Assembly: GCA_048013815.1 (NCBI GenBank)
Contig: CM106585.1
Coordinates: 10,106,001-10,170,000 of the forward strand
DNA length: 64,000 nt
Source of the DNA: Setoptus koraiensis
Lineage: Eukaryota > Animalia > Arthropoda
Direction of reading: 5' to 3'
Position 1 is the first letter of the stretch. Each line of letters opens with the position of its first letter. Shown here piece by piece: positions 25,384 through 34,797 of this stretch. The translations under genes were made by a program, and so were the position numbers. Under the pieces are notes generated by a model. The model searched no databases. It was given only the letters and a program-made list of their open reading frames with translations, and was not told the DNA's origin.

Positions 25384-26347
25384 TCGAATCAAATCATTAT
25401 TCCAAAGAAATGTATCATTGCATTAATTAGCCATGAGCGCTCGTGTGTTTTTGCTGTATAAATAAAAAGAGTATTTAGATATCATGAGATTGACAAAGCA
25501 TAAGGTAATAACTATTGTAAAAGGTTAGAAGCAAGCCATCAATATCGAGGAATCAAGTCGTCATAGTCATAGTATATGAAATAAAAATATAAAGCCCATT
25601 AACTATACTGGCTGATAGTCGTCATTTGGAATTGAAGTATTAGTGTACGGTGCTATCCTACTGCGGAGTTGAAAGTGAGACTTGTTGTATGCATAAACTA
25701 ACCTGTTGAACTTTTGACTAAAAATTATCATCAGTCAGATGGCAGTCATAAAGAAGACGAGCGAGCATGCGATAATAGTTGGTACTTTTTTACAACTTTT
25801 ACTTATACTCGAATCTGCCGCAATGGATAAGCTACCATGGAAAGGATTGAATGGCAGAAGATTGGATTAAATAAGATTGGATCGGATTAGGTTGGATTGG
25901 ATTGGAAGAAGGGATAAGATCTGCGCTGGTATCATCAACACCATAATTTGAGAAAACAACTGGCAAGATGAACGCCGGTAGTCACACATTCAAATGAACT
26001 AGCTGTGAACTTGTGTAGAGACAGTAAACAAGTATCTAAATAGGCACTCACAATTCAGAAGACGTAATTATTTCACTTGTTGGAGTCGATGATTGCGAAA
26101 ACAACCTGTTATTGTTGACTAAAAATGTTTTAAATGTTGATACACAAGTCGTAGAGAAAAGGAGTCTAACATCTTGTCAGTTTGGTTGCACTTGATGAAT
26201 TAATCGGTGCAACAAAAGGATTTATTCACCATCGAGCTTTCACGAAAACAACAAATTAATAAACAGTATCGATGAGATTGGACTGTAAATGGATCACTAT
26301 GCATGTGAATCAAGATGCACTCATTAAATGCCTAATCAGCTGTTTAC

Positions 26348-28123
26348 ATGATAACAAGTTGTGAAAAGCACCACTGTACCCACTGTAAACCAATGATATC
26401 GACAATTGCTACAAACTTTATTCCATTTGACTATTTTATTACTGCTAAAGAAATTAAATCTCTAATAATGTATACGTGCAACCAAACATGTTTTAATAGT
26501 CGTATCACCGATGACCGTCGGCTCTCATCTGATATCATCACCATTGACAGAAACTATAGAAAGTATGATGTGATTATATTTGGTGCATCTGGATCGGCGG
26601 GTCAATTTGTCATTGAGGAACTGGCTTTGGTGACTCAAAAAGCTAAGCAACAGCAATCGTATCTCGATGAACAACGTAATGAGCAGCAGCAACAACCGGT
26701 AGAGTCGACATCTCACCAAGATACAAACAAACACAATGTGCCTGTGAAACAATTTTCCTGGGCCGTCGCAGGTAGATCGGCAAACAATTTGAAAGAATCA
26801 CTCACTAGAGCCGAACTGGCCACTGGCCTCAAGGATCTTTCTCGGAACGTACCCATAGTTTTAGCTGATCTAGAACACCATTCATCTCTTCTGGAGATGT
26901 GCTCACAAACGCGGGTGCTCATAAATTGTGCCGGACCCTACACATACTATGGCAAGTGCACCATCCGAACCTATCCAAAATATCACATATCCCTTCATCG
27001 ACATACTAACAGACTTCTCTTTTTTCCGTTAGGTGAGGCAGTCATAAAGGCCTGCATAGAGAAGGGAACGAACTATGTTGATACTGCATTTGAGACAAAA
27101 TTCTTAGAACTGATGCAATTGAAATACTTTGAGTCAGCCAGAGAGAAGCGCGTGCACATTGTGGGAGCCTGTGGCTTTCAATCTATGGCCGCCGAAATGG
27201 GAATGAATTTCATCAAAAAGAAGCACATTGGAAAATTATCCGGCACCGATGTTGTGTTAAGTGTCAATGTAACTACTAACAAGAGCCCCAGGAGATCCAG
27301 AATTATTGGTTTCAATGAGCACGCCAGGGGTATTATAAGTAAGGGATTTTGGTCAAGTGCAATACAAGAGGTCACGGAGAGATATTGTCCAAACGAAAAT
27401 GACGGCTTATCCATGACCACTATCAGGCACGATCTGATGAAACAAATACTGCCAATAAGCCTAAATATGACCTCCAATTCCAAGATGCCAGACAAATATA
27501 GTATGACTAAATTTGTCGAAGTCAATGGATTCTGTTTGCCCTGGCACAAAATAAGTCCAGATAGCTCAAATTTAGTGCGGAGTGAAATATTCAAATACAA
27601 TAACAACAAAATGGAGACTTTCGTCAAAAGTCGAACCTACATTAATTTGGGTTCGTTCTTCAATCTTTTATTAGTCCTATTTCTTGTCTCTATATTTAGC
27701 ATAGTGGCTAGATTCAATTTGGGCAGATATTTGATGCGTTGCTTCCCCACACTCACCTCGGGAGGATTGGTGGCTTCTGATAGAAAGCTCGAGAGGAGGG
27801 CGCTATCTCATATTAAGTTCGCGCAAACGTTTATAGCTTATGGCTGGGACGACATGGACGAAAGTATCTCGAACAGGACCGGTCAAAGTATGACAATATC
27901 ACCACCTAAGAAGGTTTTAATTGCCAGAGTGAGCGGACCAGATCCTAATTACATAGCCAATGCCACTTTTGTTGTAGCGGCCGCCATGACTGTGCTCAAT
28001 GAAACAGATAGACTTCCGGATGAGGGAGGCGTGTTGACGCCGGGTGCGGCCTTCAGAGATACCCAGATTATTGAGAGGTTATTGTTGCGCAATATTAACT
28101 TTGAATTGATAAGACAATTTTAA
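26348..28123 (+). CDS. SCCPDH: Saccharopine dehydrogenase-like oxidoreductase with an 81-nt GC-AG intron (26952-27032); start codon uncertain
   Basis: Motifs YDVIIFGASG, WAVAGRS, VLINCAGPY..YG|EAVIKACIEKGTNYVD, IVGACGF, VSGPDPNY and GGVLTPGAAF. Confidence 0.9.
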   Translation: MITSCEKHHCTHCKPMISTIATNFIPFDYFITAKEIKSLIMYTCNQTCFNSRITDDRRLSSDIITIDRNYRKYDVIIFGASGSAGQFVIEELALVTQKAKQQQSYLDEQRNEQQQQPVESTSHQDTNKHNVPVKQFSWAVAGRSANNLKESLTRAELATGLKDLSRNVPIVLADLEHHSSLLEMCSQTRVLINCAGPYTYYGKCTIRTYPKYHISLHRHTNRLLFFPLGEAVIKACIEKGTNYVDTAFETKFLELMQLKYFESAREKRVHIVGACGFQSMAAEMGMNFIKKKHIGKLSGTDVVLSVNVTTNKSPRRSRIIGFNEHARGIISKGFWSSAIQEVTERYCPNENDGLSMTTIRHDLMKQILPISLNMTSNSKMPDKYSMTKFVEVNGFCLPWHKISPDSSNLVRSEIFKYNNNKMETFVKSRTYINLGSFFNLLLVLFLVSIFSIVARFNLGRYLMRCFPTLTSGGLVASDRKLERRALSHIKFAQTFIAYGWDDMDESISNRTGQSMTISPPKKVLIARVSGPDPNYIANATFVVAAAMTVLNETDRLPDEGGVLTPGAAFRDTQIIERLLLRNINFELIRQF

Positions 28124-28313
28124 CATACTAATTTTTACATACTGTATGTGTGTACGTATATTCTTAGAGTGGGATTATTTGTTTCATCAGCGTAAATTTT
28201 ATGCAGATATTTGACACGGATAGCATTGTTCTTGATTTGTCTATCTAGCCACTTTGAAAGAGGTCTGACGCGAAACAGATTTTGCGAACCACAAACGATA
28301 TCAGTAAATACTA

Positions 28314-29106
28314 GAATGATGCAATCCATGCAGTTTGCATCATCTATGTAACAACAATCATAATCGGCTTGATAAGTATGATTAGCTAATTATTGATCTT
28401 ATCAGATGATGTTGAGATGTTCAAAATTTGATCAACATAAAGCTGAAAACTATACCCAAATATTGTGTAATTTTGGTCGAAAAGTGAAAATTTGATCCGA
28501 ATTCGAATTAAAATTAGGTAAGAATTGGACAATATGAGAAATAAGGATAGAAAACTTGGGACGAAGTAATTGAATCAGAATTAGTGTTTTATTGAACCAA
28601 TGAATGGGTTAATTTTGGGAAAAGTCCAGGCGCCGATGGTCTTATGTTGATGAATCGAGAGTGCCACATATTTTGCTGATTGTGTTATGGATCTTGTATA
28701 ACAATTAAGTCTAGATGTAGACACGTTAGTCGCCGAGTTTCGCATCACCCTTATTTTCCTCCGTGGATAATACCAATATTGGCTGCACCAAGTGAATATT
28801 GGCGTTTCACTCTGACAAATGTCGCCCCGTCGAGGGGAGCGTTAGCGGATGCTTGTTGTACCTCACTGGCCGCCGTACTGCTTGGCAAATGACTTCCAAG
28901 CTTGACGTTTCTTTCTGCCAACTGCCGAATGATGCAATCCATGCAGTTTGCATCATCTATGTAACAACAATCATAATCGGCTTGATAAGTATGATTAGCT
29001 AATTATTGATCTTATCAGATGATGTTGAGATGTTCAAAATTTGATCAACATAAAGCTGAAAACTATACCCAAATATTGTGTAATTTTGGTCGAAAAGTGA
29101 AAATTT
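28314..29106. repeat. 180-bp direct repeat pair (28314-28493 and 28927-29106)
   Basis: Identical by eye, offset 613 bp. Confidence 0.9.
28751..28928 (-). pseudogene. Prepropeptide family, 5'-truncated copy 5
   Basis: Matches the 3' end of copy 1. It lacks the signal peptide and promoter and is cut at 28928. Confidence 0.85.
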
Positions 29107-29808
29107 CATCCGAAATCACGTAGGAATTAGATAGTACGATAAATAAGGATAGAAAATTTGAGACGGAGTAATTGAATCAGAATTAGTGTTTTATTGATCC
29201 AATGAATGGGTTAATTCTGGAAAAAGTCCAGGCATCGATGGTTTAATGTTGATTAATCGAAAGTGCGACATATTTTGCTGATTGTGTTATAGATCTTGTA
29301 TAACAATTAAGTCTAGATGTAGACACGTTAGTCGCCGAGTTTCGCATCACCCTTATTTTCCTGAGTTCGTATTGTTATTCGGGCGGATCATACCAAACTG
29401 ATATGCTGCTGACATCTGGCGTTTCACTCTGCCAAATGTCGCGCCGTCGAGGGGAGCCGCTTGTTGTACCTCACTTGGTGCGGAGCGGCGTCCTCGGGTG
29501 GCAATACCATACCCCTGACATGACACTTGATGTTCCGATAAATTGATGGCCATGACTATTACGGCTAACAACACAATGATGGATAGTAATTTGGACATGA
29601 TGAAAATGTTGTTAATGTTGACTTCAACTGTGATATGGCTTTGATTGGTGCTGATCTCAGAGGGAGAGATTGAGTTGGAGTGTGTCGAATGATTGTTTGT
29701 TAGGGATGACTTCGCTATTGCGTTAGACTCGAGCTGGAATAGTTTTCAACTTTATGTTGATCGAATTTTGGACATCTCGACATCATCTGATAAGATCAAT
29801 AATTAGCT
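28997..29808. mobile_element. Candidate TIR-bounded unit carrying peptide copy 6
   Basis: 70-bp inverted repeats at 28997-29066 and 29739-29808 (66/70 identical by eye). If the repeats are taken to start at GCTAATT, TA lies at both outer ends. Mobility is not shown. Confidence 0.35.
29353..29598 (-). CDS. Secreted prepropeptide family, copy 6 (81 aa)
   Basis: Same signal peptide, terminal QMSAAYQFGMIRPNNNTNS-GK. Confidence 0.88.
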   Translation of the reverse strand: MSKLLSIIVLLAVIVMAINLSEHQVSCQGYGIATRGRRSAPSEVQQAAPLDGATFGRVKRQMSAAYQFGMIRPNNNTNSGK

Positions 29809-30427
29809 ATTTATCTGGGATACGAGACTAGAAACTCATGGGACTATTCATGTGTTATTCTTGCTGATATCTGAGCGCGCTCATGGGCTGAACAATAAAA
29901 GTTGGAGATTATATCGGTGATTGTTTGTTTCTATCACAACGAACTTTGTACATCTAAACATCACATGCTAAAATAATAGTAAGCCATTGGAGTGGGAGAC
30001 GGGACATGAAACTCATGCATATTTGTTGTAAACAAATGAAATATAAAGGTAGAAACCTAATCGAAACAATGAAATATTTTTGTTTGTTCATGCGATTCTC
30101 ATCTCGATGCACCATCGTCTTCATGATGATACTGTCTCACGCTTCCCACAAATGGGATGTAAATTTATTTGTTTGTCTTTTATGAGTACATCAGAACCTT
30201 TCTAGTTGCTCGTTATGATCGAGACAAACAATAATCGATATAGCCTCCACATTTTATAGTTCGGTCAGTGGAAATTGAACATGAATGTGCAAGCTCAGAT
30301 ATCAGTAAGACTAACACATGAATAGTCACATGAGTTTCCAGACTCGTATCCCAGATAAACAGCTAATTATTGATCTTATCAGATGATGTTGAGATGCTCA
30401 AAATTCTATCAACATGAAATTGAAAAC

Positions 30428-30465
30428 TATTTAAGCTGGGCACGAACTCAAAGTCGTAGTCATTC
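30428..30465 (+). promoter_or_regulatory. TATA-like box (TATTTAA) and initiator-like GTAGTCATTC of peptide copy 7
   Basis: Spacing is about 30 nt, and the arrangement is conserved in copies 1, 2, 3 and 8. Confidence 0.5.
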
Positions 30466-30554
30466 CTCACAAGTAATCATTCGACACTTTCCCTGAGATT
30501 AGCACTCAACAAAGTCATATCACAGCTAAAGTCACCATAACCAACATTTTCATC

Positions 30555-30902
30555 ATGTCCAAACTATTATCCATCATTGTGTTGTTAGCCGTAATAGTCA
30601 TGGCCATCAATCTATCGGAACATCAAGTGTCATGTCAGGGGTATGGTATTGCCACCCGAGGACGCCGCTCCGCACCAAGTGAGGTACAACAAGCATCCGC
30701 TAACGCTCGCCTCGACGCTCGCCTCGACGCTACCAAATCACTCGCTGGTGTCTTGGCCGGCAGAGAGAAACGCCAAGCGTTTCCATTTCCACTTTCGGGC
30801 AGAGGTAAACGCCAAGCTGCTGCTTATGCGTCGCAATTCAGAAACAAACGCCAATATTCACTTGGTGGATACAATATTGGTATTATCCACGGAGGAAAAT
30901 AA
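30555..30902 (+). CDS. Secreted prepropeptide family, copy 7 (115 aa)
   Basis: Same signal peptide. Peptides QAFPFPLSGR-GKR, QAAAYASQFRNKR and QYSLGGYNIGIIHGGK. Confidence 0.9.
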   Translation: MSKLLSIIVLLAVIVMAINLSEHQVSCQGYGIATRGRRSAPSEVQQASANARLDARLDATKSLAGVLAGREKRQAFPFPLSGRGKRQAAAYASQFRNKRQYSLGGYNIGIIHGGK

Positions 30903-31060
30903 GGGTGATGCGAGACTAGACGACTCACGTGTCTACATCTAGACTTAATTGTTATACAAGATCCATAACACAATCAGTAAAATATGTCGCACTTTTGTAT
31001 TCACCAACATTAAACCATCGACGCCTGGACTTTTTCCAGAATTAACCCATTTATTGGTTC

Positions 31061-31066
31061 AATAAA
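31061..31066 (+). terminator. Polyadenylation signal AATAAA of copy 7
   Basis: AATAAA about 160 nt after the stop codon, conserved in the family 3' flank. Confidence 0.55.
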
Positions 31067-31736
31067 GCACTAATTCTGATTCAAGTACTCCGTCTCAAGT
31101 TTTCTATCCTTATTTGTCGTACTATCGAATTCTTACGTGATTTTAATTCGAATTCGCATGAAATTTTCACTTTTCGACCAAATATTTTACCACACATAGG
31201 TGAATTTAAATTTTGGACTGGATCTCTATTCGGCTATTCTTGGACACAATCGGGTTCTTCAAAATCGATAAGAGATAAATAGATCTATGATTCGACACCC
31301 AATCCTTCATTATTATCGTTGTTAACAATCTAACCTCAGTCTTGGGCTCTTGTCAATAAAGTCTCAGCGCATCGAACCATCTCTCCAACGCTCCAGAATG
31401 TTCATGCCATTATTCTGACTGTGACACAATCAAGAAAGAGACATTGTCACTATTTGCATTCAATTCATTTATTAGTTTATTGTCTCAGCAATGCGTTTCA
31501 AGGCTTCAACGAGGAGCGCTTCACCTGCGTTCTCGGTGCTTGTAACAATAACCTTTCTCGCAGAGCCCCATGAATAGACTGTCATTCAAGAAAAACCCAC
31601 TCTTTATTTTGAGGCCTAATGATAGTACTTCATCCATAACAGTCAATCTTGTTCCCATGGAGCTTGGATGATGATTCAATTCAAAAATATCATTTTCTGC
31701 TACACGATGTGGCTGTAGTCGATTGAATAAACGCCG

Positions 31737-32380
31737 TCAAAAATTAAGGAGGTGCCATGGAACCATCAGTAGTGATACCAAGTAGAGCACTCTGCAAAGA
31801 CTTAATGTTCCTGAGGCGCCGGTCATCCCAGATAAAAAATCCGATGAATATTCCATTACAGGTTCTGAAACCTCCTCTAGGTAGATAATAATTGTGTTGT
31901 CGCCTAATCTGTTTATGGCACGACATTTGTAAGATCCAAAGTCTCTGCGATCAATGTGCCTGATCCTTAATGTCGATTGTGTGAATTCATGGCTGTTGGA
32001 GGTTGTCAGAATTTGAAAATTGTTGTCATTATTGATCTGATATCCATCTCTTATCCAACTGATATCAGGAGATGGATAAGCTTCAACAGCGCAATGTAAC
32101 TCTACAGGATGACCAATGGCTTGCTTATATTTGACTCTATTTGTAGTCAATTGTGGACCAAACTCGATTTCGACACCAACGCTCCGCAAGGCTCCTCTAC
32201 CCACACCATTTTCTGCCAAACAGTAGTATAACCCTCTGTCGCCCTTTGAAGCATCATAAATAGTTATAATATTTCCTTTTGAGACAACCCCTCCAGTTGG
32301 TAGTGGTCCATTATTCTCTCTTCGCCAACTAATTTTTGGCGAGGGATTGCCACTGGCATAACATGATAGAGTAATAGTAT
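31737..32380 (-). pseudogene. 5'-truncated duplicate of the lachesin last exon
   Basis: Near-identical to 35930-36573. It begins inside Ig2 (TITLSCYASG), and the duplicated block spans about 30985-32380 versus 35177-36573. Confidence 0.9.
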
Positions 32381-32560
32381 GACTTTAACTGTGTTCTGAC
32401 TTTGTTTGATGCTGATCTCTCAGAGAGTGTGATAATGTCAAGTGATGATTCGGGAGAGATAATTGTGACGATACAAATCATCACCTGGCATACTCACATT
32501 AGCTCATGAATTTGAGTGCTTGAGGCGACCTTGAATAATATTCAATCTTACCATGATACA
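32381..32560 (-). pseudogene. Promoter/5'UTR remnant of a lost prepropeptide copy (former partner of copy 8)
   Basis: The reverse complement GAGATCAGCATCAAACAAAGTCAGAACACAGTTAAAGTC matches the family 5'UTR. Confidence 0.6.
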
Positions 32561-33174
32561 ACTTTGTACATCTCAGCATCACATGCTAGAACGAGAGTTG
32601 GCCATTGGACTGGGAGACGGGACAAGAAACTCATGCATATTTGTTGTAAACAATTTAAACTATTAAGATAGAAACCTAATCGAAACAATGAAATATTTTT
32701 GTTCGTTCATGCAATTCTCATCTCGATGCACCATCTTCTTCATGATGATACTGTCTTACGCTTCCCACAAATGGCATGTAAATTTATTTGTTTGTCTTTT
32801 ATGAGTACATCAGAACCTTTCTAGTTGCTCGTTATGATCGAGACAAACAATAATCGATATAGCCTCCACATTTTATAGTTCGGTCAGTGGAAATTGTACA
32901 TGAATGTGCAAGCTCAGATATCAGTAAGGCCAACCTTTTGAATAATCACATGAGTTTCTAGTCTCGTATCCCAGATAAACAGCTAATTATTGATCTTATC
33001 AGATGATGCTGAGATGTTCAAAATTCTATCAACATGAAATTGAAAACTATTTAAGCTGGGCACGAACTCAAAGTCGTAGTCATTCCTCACAAGTAATCAT
33101 TCGACACTTTCCCTGAGATCAGCACTAAACAAAGTCATATCACAGCTAAAGTCAACATTACCAACATTTTCATC

Positions 33175-33450
33175 ATGTCCAAACTATTATCCATCATTGT
33201 GTTGTTAGCCGTAATAGTCATGGCCATCAATCTATCGGAACATCAAGTGTCATGTCAGGGGTATGGTATTGCCACCCGAGGACGCCGCTCCGCAACAAGT
33301 GAGGTACAACAAGCATCCCCTCAATCCTTCACCGAAACTGTCAAAGGTATTTCTGATGCGTTGAGACGATCTGGCAGCTTTCTAGTGCCTGGCAGCTTCG
33401 GCAGAAAGAAACGTCAATCGCATTTCTCAAGGCCAATTTGGGGAAAATAA
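33175..33450 (+). CDS. Secreted prepropeptide family, copy 8 (91 aa)
   Basis: Same signal peptide, ...VPGSF-GRKKR and terminal QSHFSRPIW-GK. Confidence 0.88.
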   Translation: MSKLLSIIVLLAVIVMAINLSEHQVSCQGYGIATRGRRSATSEVQQASPQSFTETVKGISDALRRSGSFLVPGSFGRKKRQSHFSRPIWGK

Positions 33451-34239
33451 GGGTGATGCGAAACTTGACGACTAACGTGTCTACATCTAGACTTAATTGT
33501 TATACAAGATCCATAACACAACAACCAAATTACGTCGCACTCTCGATTCATCAACATTAAATCATCGACGCCTGGACTTTTCCCAAAATTAACCCATTCA
33601 TTGGTTCAATAAAGCACTAATTCTGATTCAAGTACTCCGTCTCAAGTTTTCTATCCTTATTTATTGTACTATCTAGTTCCTACGTGATTTTAATTCAAAT
33701 TCGGATCAAATTTTCACTTTTCGACCAAAATTTCAACATATATGGGTGTTTTTAAAGTTGGGTTTAGATCTTATTCAGGCTTTTCATGGGCACAGTCGAT
33801 TGGTCTTGTGAGTCACAGCTAGTCCCGCCGATTACTTGCGCTGTTTCTGCACTTCATGATGCTACTATTTTACACTCCCCACAAATGGCATGATGATTAG
33901 ATCGTAGGGAGGTAACGAACGTAGATCTTTTAACTTTTAATAAGCAGAATTGTCACGAAATCGTTCACATTCTTCTTCTCGTCAGCTGTTTTTTTTCATT
34001 TTCTTTATTTTTCTGGAGGTTTAGGAGAGTGGGGGAGAACTGGGGAGGGGCAAATCAGCATAACCTTCCCGACGTGCGATCTCCGTGCCTCACAAGTTTT
34101 TGTCAGTCCCTTGACTGAGGGAAGACCAAGTTTATCTGTTTGTCTTTTATGAGTACATCAGAACCTTTCTAGTTGCTAGTCAATGTTGCCGCTCGTTATG
34201 ATCGAGACAAACAATCATCGATATAGTCTCCAGATTTTA

Positions 34240-34598
34240 CAGTAGGAATACCTGAATTGCGAAGAATTTCGTTCCTAAGAAAGCGGCGCATACAGTGAGA
34301 ATACCTGAAGCGCGAATATCTGAAGTGCGAAAATTCTGGGCAATATTCAAATGTGAGTGATGTCCCGGACATCATGTCCGTGCACAGTATAGCCACTCTA
34401 AAATCAGTGATTAGTGATCGGGGGAGGTGGGGAGGTCTTCTCCCCCTGCGGGAGGTGGGAGGCGACACGTGGGCTTGCGGGAGGCGGGAGGGGGGAGGTC
34501 TACCTCATCCGATCACTACCAGTGATACAGATTTTAGAATAAATTTATGCGCCGCTTCCTTAGGAACGAAATTTCTCGCAATTCAGGTCTTCCTACTG
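34240..34598. mobile_element. 359-bp MITE, Tc1/mariner-pogo-like (TA-CAGT...ACTG-TA)
   Basis: 53-bp TIRs at 34240-34292 and 34546-34598 (49/53 identical), TA on both sides, G-rich non-coding interior. Confidence 0.85.
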
Positions 34599-34797
34599 TA
34601 AACAGCTAATTATTGATCTTATCAGATGCTGTTGAGATTTCCAAAATTCGATCAACATTAAACTGAAAACTGTTCAAGCTCGAGTCGAACACAAAGGCGA
34701 AGTCATTCCTCACAAGTAATCATTCGACACTTTCCCTGAGATCAGCACTAAACAAAGTCATATCACAGCTAAAGTCAACATTACCAACATTTTCATC

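Noticed and set aside
17649-28892. Repeated MCYGSCITIKSRCRH ORFs (17649, 21380, 28680)
   Set aside because: They are antisense shadows of the conserved peptide 3' flank and start with TTG.
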